64,000 bases of DNA from Eledone cirrhosa (Eukaryota), in contig OZ024746.1 in NCBI GenBank assembly GCA_964016885.1, positions 62,868,001 through 62,932,000 of the forward strand, in the 5' to 3' direction. Shown here piece by piece: positions 13,406-30,137 of this stretch (its first letter is position 1; each line of letters starts with the position of its first letter). The notes under the pieces were generated by a model that saw nothing but the letters and a program-made list of their open reading frames with translations, did no database searches and was not told where the DNA came from. The translations under genes were made by a program, and so were the position numbers.

Positions 13406-13793
13406 GGCGCATGGCTTAGTGGTTAGAGCATTGGGCTTGCAATTGAAAGGTTGTGAGTTCAATTCTTGGACTGGGTGATGTATTGTTTCTTTGAGCAAAA
13501 CACTTTATTCCACATTGTTCCAGTTTACTCAACTGTAGAAATGAGATGATAGGACTGGGGTCCCTATCATTCCACTGTAAAGTGGTCGTGGAGGTGCCAT
13601 GGCAATAAAGTACGTACCCCACGCTGTAAAGTGGACGTGTTAGGGAGGTCATCCAGCTGTAGAAACCAAGCCAGAATCAGTTCCTGTATGAGCAAGACAT
13701 GGTCAGCCGACTGGACACGGCTCACAACAGGACAACCCGTCTAACCCATGCTAGCGTGGAAGAACGGACGTAAAATGGTGATGATGATGATGA
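13406..13793 (+). mobile_element. Composite SINE: tRNA head, CORE-like domain, RTE-derived 3' tail
   Basis: tggcttagtgg and gagttcaattc boxes, ttgagcaaaacacttt core, tail resembling the 3'UTR of the LINE at 1178-2830. Confidence 0.85.
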
Positions 13794-13801
13794 TATATAT
13801 G

Positions 13802-13894
<93 letters not shown>

Positions 13895-13944
13895 GTATAT
13901 ATTTGTATATGTATATGTATATATATATATATATACAAAACCTA

Positions 13945-14396
13945 TCAAAGGGCAAAGGAGCTCTTAAGAGTCAATGGCCATCCAAAATCACTGGGAGAGA
14001 TGACCCCTTAGCCTTTGTCAAGGTAGAATTCTAGGAGAAGGAAAACTCTGATATAACACCTGCAACCCTGATGGTATCCAATGATGTTGACTTGTTCTTC
14101 TTTTTGGTAAATATCATCTTGGTTAAGAGAGTGGGACTGGCTTTGTGCAGTGCTCACTATAAAAGCTTCACGGCACAGGCATTGCTTTATATCTGGAGAT
14201 CTCTCTGCACTTGTCGTCACATGGTACCATGGGCTCAGCACTATGTGTCAATAATTGTCACAAGTGTAGTGTTTGTACCAGAGTTTTCAAGTCGCCGGCT
14301 GGACTAAAAAGTCACACTCGTTCAGCGCATCGGTTGGGGTTCTCCTACATGGATATAAAGTAGTGGCCATACTCGAAAACGAGTTGGCAGCCACCA
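13945..14396 (+). mobile_element. Internally deleted (bipartite) RTE element: 5'UTR-like part joined to a C2H2 zinc-finger 3' end
   Basis: ctaggagaaggaaaactctg motif; [24 protein letters not shown]; tail ggccatactcgaaaacgag resembling 62920-62962. Confidence 0.7.
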
Positions 14397-14448
14397 TATA
14401 TATATATATATATATGTGTGTATATATATATATATATGTATATGTATA

Positions 14449-15327
<879 letters not shown>

Positions 15328-15413
15328 TATATATATATAACGGGGATAACCACAGTAAGTAAGGTACTCAATACATGGCAGAGTAAAATTTTTTTTTTTT
15401 TTTTTTTTTTTAA

Positions 15414-15537
15414 ATTTTATAGAAGGAGCTTCTACAGGACTAGTACTGTTTCATTCAGATGAAATCTTCAGGAAGCTTCCTGAAGATTTCATCTGAATGA
15501 AACAGTACTAGTCCTGTAGAATCTCCTTCTATAAAAT
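15414..15537. repeat. 124-bp palindrome carrying a hammerhead on each arm
   Basis: Centre aag|ctt at 15475/15476; one mismatch. Confidence 0.9.
15477..15521 (+). ncRNA. Hammerhead ribozyme with U.U at the base of stem II (mirror copy 15430-15474, minus)
   Basis: uuc-CUGAAGA-u-uuca(uc)ugaa-u-GAAA-cag(uacuaguc)cug-UA-gaa. Confidence 0.65.
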
Positions 15538-15652
<115 letters not shown>

Positions 15653-15657
15653 GTATA

Positions 15658-15707
<50 letters not shown>

Positions 15708-15906
15708 CATATATATATATATATGTTTGATGATGATCTGGGAAGAAATGAGTCAAGTTTTAGACTGGTAATATCAAATCGGTATTTACATATCGTCATA
15801 ATTAAAAAATAGCCACCCCACCTCTCTCTCTAAATGCATACACACATACACATACACAGACACCTGAAGAAACACACAGACAGACATATAAGTATAGACA
15901 CATATA

Positions 15907-18825
<2,919 letters not shown>

Positions 18826-19029
18826 GTGTTGCATATAATTAGACTAATAAAATAGTGTTGCATATAATTAGACTAATAAAATCTACATGTTGTTTTCATT
18901 AAAGTAGGAATTTCAGTAAAATTTTCTTGGTCATTTATCTAATCTAAAACCTCAGGGTAAACAATATTTTGATTTTAATAACCTCTGTCATTTTCGTTCT
19001 ACTAATTTATTTACTTTTTTCTTAACTCT

Positions 19030-19325
19030 GAAGCCGAGAATCATTCGGTTTCCTAAAAAGAATATTAGTCTACGACTTCATTTATACCATAAACGTGGTT
19101 CAATCTTTGTGTGCAATTGTTCTCATCGCTCCACATATCTTCGCTTTTTTCCGTTCATTGCCAGGGAACGTCTTCACGAACCAAAGTATCGTCTTCCTGT
19201 TTTCCTTCGGTTGCAACGTTTTTCGAGATATTTACTTCTGCGTTCACAGATTGATTTTTTTTTAGTTTCAGAAGATCCCGTTAAGGGTGAAAGCAGCGAT
19301 TCTTTGCTTAAACTTTAATCTGTTA

Positions 19326-19376
<51 letters not shown>

Positions 19377-19810
19377 TTATAAGAAAGTTAATTAAATATA
19401 TTCATACACGCTTAAGCATACATTAAGATATATCAAAGCTTAAAGACTAGAGACAATCTTTACTGAATGCAAGATTACTTAATTCGTAGGGTATCTTATT
19501 AAAATTAATAAAAATTAAAACAAAATACTTGATAATGATCAATATATTTCCCTCATATGTATTCTCCATAAAAGCAGAATACATTTCACCAAATAACAGT
19601 GAAATTGCGTATTTGAAAATGAATTGTCGATGAGGGAATTTCAAAATTACCAATCTTGATCGATACAGGTTTGAAAGTGACTAAAAACGCAAATCGTATC
19701 AATATATGAATTTAGCACCCGCAACGACATGAAAGAGTTCTCGTCCACTAGAAATGAGTCCATCCTCTCGACATATTACCAGTACCACTCAAGAGTGACC
19801 CGACATAAAC
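19030..19810. promoter_or_regulatory. CpG-retaining unique segment, possible promoter or first exon
   Basis: About 16 CpG in 19030-19300 by hand count, against strong CpG depletion in other unique DNA. Confidence 0.3.
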
Positions 19811-20116
19811 ATACATACATACATACATACATACATACATACATACATACATACATACATACATGCGTAAAACACCAGAGAGTGATTTGAGAGATTTGGT
19901 TGCTATGACTAAGAAATCGAGATAGCATGTAGAGGCATCCATCATACATAACACAGTAGGGTGTGATCTGAGGGTGATTTGACTACTATTTCTTGCAGGT
20001 TCAGCTACTACATAGAGATTTTTCTCATACATACATGAAACTGTAAAGTCTGATTTAAGTAGCTATGTTTAATTTTATCAGGCCTAGTCCCCTTATAATT
20101 TCCTACACATATATGA

Positions 20117-20524
20117 AAACCCGCCTTACCTAAATACAAAGTAAAACCTACTACAGTCAGTAGGCACCTAACAAAATACACTCCCGTCCCACCACCCCCA
20201 CCCCATCCACACCGCCCACTTTCAATGTAAAGTTATGTTGGTGCCACAACATCCAGGCCGAAACAAATGAGGTCGTGTAGGTGTCACGACAAAAAAAGCA
20301 CACGGTCCACGCTGTAATGTGGCCGTGTAGGTAACACGGTAAAAACCTCCCAGTTCCACACTGTAAATGTGGTTGGTGTTAGGAAGGGCATCCAGCTGTA
20401 GAAAACCCGCCAGACAGTCCTATGCAAGCAAGACAACCACTCTTGCCTCAAGTGGGAAAACTCCCGTCCAAACCCATGCAAGCGTGGAATATGGACGTTA
20501 AACGATGATGATGATGATGATGAT
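20117..20524 (+). mobile_element. 3'UTR fragment of the PHD-RTE LINE
   Basis: Matches ~2440-2830; (GAT)n tail. Confidence 0.9.
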
Positions 20525-20878
20525 ATATAAACAGTAGGGTGTGTTTCTAGAAAGATTTGACTGCTATTTATATACATCACATACAGCTTTTCTGAAACTA
20601 TATTTAACAGAGAAATCATTTAGCTTCCATTCTCTCTTCCTCCAGATTTTCCAATGTTTCTTGTTCTATCTGGTGTTTATTCTGATGTCACTAACTTATG
20701 TTGAGTGGTGCATATACACATAATTACATATGTACACTGTTACTTAAGGAAAATATATGCATATACACATAATTACATATGTACACACACACACACACAT
20801 GCACACACACAAACATGCATTTTCTAGTCCAAACCTGCTAACCTATAGATAGCATATTTATCTTATTATATAGGTGTA

Positions 20879-21228
20879 TCTGGATGTCGGTGAGCATGTC
20901 CAGCTAACCTCAGTCTCCCCTGTGTCACTTTTGAGCTGACTTTTGGGAGGCTCCCATACAGCTCTGAGTTTTTCATCCTCAGTGTATACTGATTAATGTT
21001 CAGAGCCATCCTCAGCATTCTCGTGTAGCACTCATCCACCATCTGTGGGAGCCCCTGCATAGACACACTGGAAGAGGAAGACCGAGGTTAGCATATGTTG
21101 ATGCCCTAAGGACAGACACTGGTCTGTTGGAGATGCAGGACATGGCAGCGATAATGAAGGAGAGAGACCGCTGGAGAGAACTTGTCCATGGATCTCGGGA
21201 ATTTTACCCGCCCTAGATAGATAGATAG
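20879..21228. mobile_element. RTE-X insertion with 5' inversion
   Basis: Minus segment 20879-~21042 then plus segment ~21043-21228; TSD ataggtgtatct at 20870-20881 and 21225-21236. Confidence 0.88.
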
Positions 21229-21492
21229 GTGTATCTATATAGAAACAGACAGATAAAGATAGAAAGAAGATAGAAAAAAGATGAGTTGATTAAAAGACAG
21301 AAAATACTACGGTAAGAACTAACCTCTAAATTAATATTGTTTCTACAACAATCAATAAAATATACTGTTTAATATTTATCTGTAATTCTAAAACGAAATT
21401 GTTTATTTAGATGTCAGTTGATTAAATAGTTTTGTGTAAGTCAGTTGAAACTATATCAAAACAAAGAACAAATCTTTAACCATTAATATATA

Positions 21493-22172
21493 CTAGCAGA
21501 AAAACCACCCTTCAGGGTAGTTTTTCTGCTAGCATGTGTCATGTGCATATTGATATTATACGCAACTATATATGCATGTAGATATACGTCAAATAAAATT
21601 GTAATTGAGAATATGCAGAGAAATTGAAGAGAGACTGTGTTACATTGTCTTCTGTAATCAGTAAAGTAATCCATGATACATTAAAAAAAGACAATATTAT
21701 ATATAAACTGCATTACGGTGAAATTTTATGAAAACGAAAAAGGAGAAAATTAGAGACAGAAATATAAATGTTATATAACAATGCAAGTATATGAACGTAT
21801 ATATAAGCGATATGATATAGCATACGTTATACCATAACCGGAAGTATTGACATTTGAAGTATTATACCATAACCGGAAGTATTGACATTTGAAAATTTTA
21901 AAAGAAGAATCTTGAAATAAGTTATAAAATTATTTATATTTAATCAAGAGTTACGAAATTTAGTAGATAAATTATGTAATATTCATTCATTATTGCCTTT
22001 CATCCTTACGGGGTCGATAAAATAAAGTACCAGTGATGCACTGGGTAATTGCTGGCCTTGTGCCTAAAGTAGAAACAATTATTTATTCAAAGTAATCTAA
22101 CTTATTTTACTAACGGGATAAAAAAATATATTCAGCACCCAATCCTGCACTCCTCTCTTTATTATATTATGA
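21493..22172 (-). mobile_element. Non-autonomous Helitron, family 2, carrying a SINE fragment
   Basis: Minus strand A|TCATAATATAATAAAG ... CTAG|T; homologous to 41654-42212. Confidence 0.85.
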
Positions 22173-22199
22173 TGTTGAATATCTACTGTATTACAAATA

Positions 22200-22545
22200 G
22201 CATTGGTGTTTCCCAGAGGCTCGGCCTTTGGATCTGTGAACCCCACAAAGGCCACTGTGGATCCACTGCACACTCTTTTGGCCTCCCAATGCCATTATAA
22301 AGCATGTCATGGATGCTGCAAACTTACCTTCCCAGCTCGAAATAGCGAGGCTGGACTGAGGGAATGACGGAAGGCATGACAATCTTCCTGTTTTGCGAGG
22401 GTTAGTTCCTAATCTGGGATGCCATATGTTGCAACACTTTCTCCAGTGGCAATCAGGTGCATTCAGCTACTGGTCCAGGCTTCGCTACTCGCAAGACCAA
22501 AAAGGACAAACTGTTGTAGTGCACCTGAGCACTGTACACAATAAT

Positions 22546-22595
<50 letters not shown>

Positions 22596-22810
22596 CAGCT
22601 GCTCTCTGAGAACTTTGTGGTTAAGCCTCTGGCAGTGGAGACTTCTGGTATTCTTGGCCCTCAGATCACAACCCTACTCACTGTTATTGCAGCAGAGTTG
22701 GCCACCCGCATGTGTGAGGCCTGCAAGATGGAGTGGCTGCTCCAGTGAGTCTTCTTTGCCATCCTCCAGAGCAATGTCTTCTCCATTATGTCAGCTGGGA
22801 CTATGACATG
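22200..22810 (+). pseudogene. Decayed CRE-like non-LTR retrotransposon restriction-like endonuclease domain
   Basis: NDGR..., LIWDAICCNTF, PLAVETSGILGP and degenerate QRGN motifs; related piece at ~54320-54590. Confidence 0.65.
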
Positions 22811-24022
22811 TGACTCAATTCTTGCAGGTGATTCTGTTCAATTCTTTTTTTTATCTCCCAAGGTAAATCATCCGACATAGTCAACTATTATTTATAGTTT
22901 ATATGCATTGTGGCTGCCTTCATAAAGCAAAATGCATTTACATACACACATACACACAGGATGTGTTTTATATGACATTTCTAATATATATATATGCATA
23001 TGTGTGAGTGTATGTATGTGACTGTGTGTGTGTGGTGTGTGTGTGTGTTCATGTGTGTGTGTGTGTGTGTGCTTGTGTGTGTGTGCATGTGTGACCGTGT
23101 ATGCGTATATATAATCCAAAAATGAGATGATTATAGTTCTTGAAATTAGGAAAATATCTGTTAAATTCCTATATTTGCCTCTCAGCAATGTTGCTAAGCT
23201 TTATACACAGCAAAATAAATTGAGGCGTGATGTACTTAATGACACACGAAAATAATTCCAATTAATTAGAACTTGTTTCTTAGTTGGTGGTAATTGTTAG
23301 TGACTCTCAAAGAAAAGGGAAGATAATTTCAAGACATTAAGAAATAATCTCATAAAATTAATTTATATTCTTAGGGGAAAAGCTTATCTATGTTTGCAAG
23401 CATTCACAGATACACACATATGAACATATACCCATACATATATACACACACACAAAAATATACATATATATATATATATACACATACATATACATATATA
23501 TATATGTGTGTGTATGTGTATGTATGTGTGTGTGTATATGAATATAATCAAAAAGTAATTAACAGTTATATGTTTATCTAGGTAATTAATATCCAGGTGA
23601 GACATGAGCAAAAAGAATTAACAAAAAAAAAAAATTAACAAAATACAAAGTCAATGAATTTCATGCTGTGAAAAAAAGAAAATGAATTGAAGTTGACGTT
23701 TCGGAGAGTGATCAATTGTCATGGTAAGAGAAAGGATAGAAAAATATGGAATGAAAGAAAGAAAAAAAACATGTAGGTATTAAAAAATATAATATGCTGA
23801 ATGGCACACAGGAAATAGTGGAGTAAAGTGGGTGCTTTGCATTGACACCACATGAGCAGTGATATTTATTTAAGACCTGCATAAACAATGTTCTATGGTT
23901 TGACATGTGACGATGAGTGTCTTAGTTAAAAGAAACAACAACAAAAATCAATAAGGGTTGACATTAGTATGGGCATTAAGCCAGAGAATACTGCCTCAAA
24001 AAAGACCCATTCATCTCATGCC

Positions 24023-24477
24023 AAATATATAAAGGGCAAATGATGACAAATATAACAAAAAAAAAGTAATGCTTTCACCCAGTATATTTCAGGGTTAATA
24101 CCCTCTTTTCAAATGTAAAAATAGAAATGATCACAAACAAAACAAACAATCAATGGTGTAAGTGTTTGGTTTACACATGTGTGGGACAGTCATAGTAGCT
24201 ATGCTGCTCTGTGCAGCTTTAATCTATTATATTTAATAGATTAATCTATTATTTATACTAGGTTAAAGCTGCGTGGAGCAGCATGGTAACTATGACTATT
24301 TCATGTATGTGTAAACCAAACACTTAGACCAGATAGGGAAGAACACATCGATCGTTCATTTTGTTTTACATCGTTTTTATTTTTACATTTGAAAAGAGGA
24401 TTTTAACCCTGAAATATACTGGGTAAAAACATTACTTTGTTTTGTTTTATTTGTCATCTTTTGCCCTTTATATATTT
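24023..24477. repeat. Diverged ~455-bp palindrome
   Basis: Centre taatagattaatctatta near 24242; arms align with transitions and indels. Confidence 0.85.
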
Positions 24478-24554
24478 TACCACATTGTACCGGCTTTCTG
24501 AAATACTTAGCAGTCATTTATTAAGTATCTTATAATACTTCATATTAACTATAT

Positions 24555-24598
<44 letters not shown>

Positions 24599-24646
24599 TT
24601 ACTACTACTACTACTTATATATATGCACACACACATACACACACGC

Positions 24647-24702
<56 letters not shown>

Positions 24703-25287
24703 TGAGAGAGAGTGAGAGAGAGAGAGAGACAGACATATATATGCATATATGTGTATATATATATGAGTTCTATGTCCATTATGTCCCTCCTAAGTCTCTT
24801 TTCCTGGTTGTCTTCCAGAAAAATATGAACTGCCAAAGATTTGTATACTATCCAAAGAGAGAATTATCTCATATTTCCTTAAGGCTACAACAAGATCTAC
24901 AAAAATATAGAAAATATAAAAATATATGTATAATCAATCACTAAGTCTATTGATCAGTGTGATTTCTGGAAGGACTGGCTTTTATTTATTTGTTTTCTTT
25001 TATGTTATAGATTCATAATTGATATTATACTTGCTGGAACATAAAATAAAATAGTATTAACGCTTTAATGTTCAAACTGGCCCAAACCGAACAGAATTCT
25101 CTACCTTTTTCTGTTGAAAATGGCTGTAACTGGTCACTCATACTGATGTTAAAGTATTGATCTCAAAATAAATACTTTCAAAATCTCATAGATTCGATAT
25201 TATGTGAGATAGTTATGTGAGATAAAGCATTTACCATGAAAATATAATAGTATATATAGAGTAATGTGAATACTAAAGGGTTAAATA

Positions 25288-26160
25288 ATGGTTTCTGATT
25301 TAAACACAAGGCCAACAATTTTGGTGGTAAGGCAAGTTGATTAAATTGAGCCCAGTGTATTACTGGTACTTTATTTTATCGACCCCATAAGGATGAATGG
25401 CAAAGTTAACCTCAGTGAGATTTGAACTCGGAACGTAAAGGGCCGTAACTCTATGCCACAAAGCATGTTTTCCAATGCTCTACCGATACTACCAATCCAT
25501 CTCCCTTAATGCTATTAAGTCATCATCATCATCATCGTTTAACGTCGATGATGTAAGTAGTAATGGTTTCTGATTTAGGCACAAGTCCAACAATTATAGG
25601 GGAAGGGAAAGTCGAATAAATTGACCCCAGTGTATTACTGTTACTTTATTTCATCAATGCCATAAAGATGAAAGGCAAAGCTAACCGTGGCGGGATTTGA
25701 ACTCGGAACGTAAAGGGCCGTAACTCTATGCCACAAAGCATGTTATCCAACACTCTACGATACTACCAATCCACCCCCCCTCTCAATACTATCAAGTAAT
25801 AATTGTTTCTACTTTAGGCACAAGGCCAGCAATTACCAGTGCATTACTGGTACTTTATTTTATCGACCCCGTAAGGATGAAAGGCAAAGTCAACCTCGGC
25901 GGGATTTGAACTCAGATCGTAAAGGGACGTAACTATGCTGGAAAGCATGGCGTCCGACCCTCCACCGATACTGCCAATCCACCGCCCTCAAGTAATAATG
26001 GTTTCTGTGTATTACTGGTGCTTCATTTTATCAACCCCATAAGGATGAAAGGCAAAGGCAAAGCTAAGCATGGTGGGATTTGAACTCAGAATGTAAAGGG
26101 CCGCAACTCTATGCCACAAAGCATGTTGTCTAACGCTCTAGTGATACTACCAATCCACTT
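25288..26160 (-). mobile_element. Four co-oriented Meta-core SINEs in tandem
   Basis: Copies at ~25288-25505, 25563-25775, 25799-25988 and 25997-26160. Confidence 0.88.
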
Positions 26161-26257
26161 TCCTCAATACTATTAACCCTTTAACATTTACAATACTCTA
26201 TATTTACTATTGTATTTTCATGATAAAGGCTTTACCTCACATTATATCTAATCTATG

Positions 26258-26642
26258 AGAAGAAGAAGAAGAAGAAGAAGAAGAAGAAGAAGAAGAAGAA
26301 GAAGAAGAAGAAGGTGAAGAAGAAGGAGAAGGAGAAGGAGAAGAAGAAGAAAAAGAAAAAGAAAAAGAAGAAGGTGAAGAAGAAGAAGACGGAGAAGAAG
26401 AAGGTGAAGAAGAAGAAGACGGAGAAGGAGAAGGAGAAGAAGAAGAAAAAGAAAAAGAAGAAGAAGAAGAAGAAGAAGAAAAAGAAAAAGAAAAAGAAGA
26501 AGAAGAAGAAGAAGAAGAAGAAGAAGAAGAAGAAAAAGAAGAAGAAGAAGAAGAAAAAGAAGAAGAAGAAGAAGAAGAAGAAGAAGAAGAAGAAGAAGAA
26601 GAAGAAGAAGAAGATGAAGCAGAAGAAGGAGAGGAAGAAGAA
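26258..26642 (+). repeat. (GAA)n-rich tract
   Basis: Direct reading. Confidence 0.95.
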
Positions 26643-26793
26643 CGGGGACAAGATAATATACTTTATTCACTTTGTGTGACATTTACTTAAATTAGCTTCT
26701 GTCTGTTTAGCATTTCTTTCCTTCATTAGACTTGTCTTGTTGGTGGGTTTGTATCATACTTACACACATGTATGTATACACACACACACACGT

Positions 26794-26855
<62 letters not shown>

Positions 26856-27132
26856 GTTAGAATATGTGTAATAAGGCCAAGACAATGCAGATATGGACAT
26901 AGAAAAAAGAATGCAATAGTGAAAGATATTGATGAGAATTCGTCTTTCACCTTGAATTTATTTAAATGTCCTTAATTTTCGAGATAATATCTCTTCTTAA
27001 ACACTTGTGGATAGTTCAGTTTTAAATCAATAAATATATATTATGTATACTCCAGTCCTACAAACTGTAGAGTGCTTCTTATCCGATATCTGCATTGCTT
27101 TATTGTACTACAATAAAACTCACCTCCTACAT

Positions 27133-27167
<35 letters not shown>

Positions 27168-27329
27168 ACGTATATATAAGAAGTGTTCCCTGAGAAAAGT
27201 ATGAGAGGGTTGTACGTGGGTACTTGAGACAAAATACACAGGTCATAGAGGGAAGAAAGCATTCGAAAAGCCTGACATGGAGTTCCAACAAGTTTGTAAC
27301 GTCCCACGTATAGGATACCTTCATGGAAG

Positions 27330-27433
27330 CGGTGGTGGGGAAGATGATGATGATGGTGGTGGTGGTGGTAATGATGATGAAGATTATTATATTGAGGATA
27401 ATGGTGGTGGTGGTGGTGATGGTGGTTGTGGTA

Positions 27434-27465
<32 letters not shown>

Positions 27466-28022
27466 GGTGGTGGTGGTGGTGGTGGTGGTGATGGTGGTTG
27501 TGGTGATGATGATGATGATGATGGTGGTGGTGAAGGTGGTGGTGTGGGTGGTGATGATGGTGATGAGGATTGTGGTGTTGGTAGTGATGGTGGTGGTGTT
27601 GGTGGTGGTGGTTGTGATGATGATGATGGTGGTGGTGGTGGTGATGGTGGTGGTTGTGATGATGATGATGATGATGGTGGTGTGGGTGGTGATGATGGTG
27701 ATGAGGATTGTGGTGTTGGTGGTGATGGTGGTGGTGTTGGTGGTGGTGGTGGTTGTGATGATGATGATGGTGGTGGTGGTGGTGATGGTGGTGGTTGTCA
27801 TGATGATGATGGTGGTGGTGGTGGTGGTGGTTGTGATGATGATGATGATGGTGGTGGTGTGGGTGGTGATGATGGTGATGATGATTGTGGTGTTGGTGGT
27901 GATGGTGGTGGTGGTTGTGATGATGATGATGGTGGTTTGTGGTGGTGGTTTGTGGTGGTGTTGGTGGTCTTGGTGGTGATGGTGGTGGTGGTGGTGGTGA
28001 TGATGGTGATGATGATGATGAT
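27330..28022 (+). repeat. (GGT/GAT)n compound trinucleotide tract
   Basis: Direct reading; internal higher-order duplications. Confidence 0.9.
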
Positions 28023-28372
28023 AGTAATGAGGATATCTGTAGCTATTCATATTATACAAACAGTAAACCCTTTCCCCCCCATATCATAATATATAATCTA
28101 CTTTGCACATATCAGACATACTATTGATATTAATCATATAATGATTTCCTTCATGTTGCAGTTTTAATTTCTGCTCATTTATCATCTCATTTCTGATTTC
28201 TATGAACAGAAATCAATGTTACCCCCCCCCCCCATCCCCACCCCACACCCACATCTACACCCTTGCTCTGCTCTGTTCAACTCTGTTGATATTAGAAAAT
28301 CAATATCAGTATAGATTTAAAAGTTTAGCTGATATCTAATAACAGTATCGCATAGTAAACTATAAGCTATAC

Positions 28373-29176
28373 CTGGGGTCTCAAACATGCGACCTGCAAA
28401 CTACTTTTGTATGGCCCATGGCAAAAGAAAAAATTTTGTGACTAATATATTCCTAAAACTTGGTAATTTGTTCCAGTTTTAATAATATTTATGGTACAAT
28501 TTATTGTAATTTACCCATAAAATACAGTAAGATGTAAACAAAAAGAATCTATTAAAAGTGAAAATTTGTTCCCCTACATTTTATACTAATTCACATATTC
28601 CACTTTACTATTATATGTGAAGGGCGGTGGATTGGCAGTATCGGTAGAGGGTCGGACGCCATGCTTTCCAGCATAGTTACGTCCCTTTACGATCTGAGTT
28701 CAAATCCCGCCGAGGTTAACTTTGCCTTTCATCCTTACGAGGTCGATAAAATAAAGTACCAGTAATGCACTGGGTAATTGCTGGCCTTGTGCCGAAAGTA
28801 AAAACAATTATTAAGGTGAGATGGCAGTATCGGTAGAGGGTCGGACGCCATGCTTTGCAGCAAAGAGTTACGTGCCTTTACGGACTGAGTTCAAATCCCG
28901 CCGAGGTTAACGTTGTCTTTCATCCTTACGGGGGTCGATAAAATAAAGTACCAGTAATACACTGGGATAATTGCTGGCCTTGTGCCAAAAGTAGAAACAA
29001 CTATTATATGTGTATTTATTTTGATGAAAAAAAAAATAACATAAATATCAGCATATCAACTGTATTGCAGATTAGTATTATAACTGGTGGAAATCATGTC
29101 AGCCACCACATCCCATCTCACTTTTAGCCTGTTGTGTCTCTCCTCCAGGACGTAATAGCCCCCTTTGAGACCCCTG
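28373..29176. mobile_element. hAT (Charlie-type) MITE containing a SINE dimer
   Basis: TIRs ctggggtctcaaa / tttgagacccctg; 8-bp TSD agctatac/ggctatac. Confidence 0.8.
28620..28999 (+). mobile_element. Meta-core SINE dimer
   Basis: Two full monomers inside one 13-bp TSD actattatatgtg (28607-28619, 29000-29012). Confidence 0.88.
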
Positions 29177-29276
29177 GGCTATACTGCTACCCATTATGAG
29201 GCTAATACTACTATTTAACTCCAGTTCAGTAATGGTTGGTCAGATTTTCTATTTTTTTGTTACCCAATATCTTCTT

Positions 29277-29361
<85 letters not shown>

Positions 29362-30137
29362 ACTCTCTTTCTTTTCTTTTTTTTTTTCGGAATGGAGAAA
29401 ATTATGTAACTATTTCCTAGACACACAAATGTCTTGTGTTTTATTATAATGATATCTTGGGATTTATAAAGCTGAATAATTGGTCTTGTTCATAGATCTT
29501 ACTGATCACAAACTTGACCTGTAGAACAACAACAACAACAACAACAACAACAATAATAACCACAACAATAACAACAATATTAACCGCAACAATAATAAAT
29601 AGCATCTATGATGATGAAGTAAACTTATAGAAACAGTGAGAAGGTGAGACTGAAATATAGAGAAGAAAATAATGAGATGACTAAGAAAAAGTTTCCTTTG
29701 TTGTGGTTACTTGTTTGACGATTCATTTGATCTGTGAGTGTGTGTTTAAATGAAAAACACTGTTACATCGTGACAGGTTCGTATTGACCATTTCAAACAC
29801 AAATACTTTATTGTATTCACTTTTTGCTTGACTATTGATTAGTTGTATATGATCTAGATTATATATACGTATAGAATCCTTTCATTGTATATGTTTACGA
29901 TCTCCTGCCTGATACTCTACTTCACTGTAGTACAATATGGCGTGGTCTAGTAGAGCAACACTGAACATGTCATAAATGTACTATGAAAGACTTTGATTTC
30001 TATCACACAGACTTCTGAAGAATCATTCTGTACATGGCTATGGATGGCTCAATCATAATGCAAATGTAATAATTAACTGGAATCGTAAATTCATAAGATC
30101 ACACCCCCCTCTCTCCCTCTCTCCCCCTCTCTCTATA

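Noticed and set aside
27277-28089. Gly/Asp/Cys-rich 270-aa ORF resembling a structural protein
   Set aside because: Trinucleotide tract open in several frames; no signal peptide or splice support
29700-30070. Unique-looking segment as a candidate coding exon
   Set aside because: Stop codons in the frames I read and no recognisable motif
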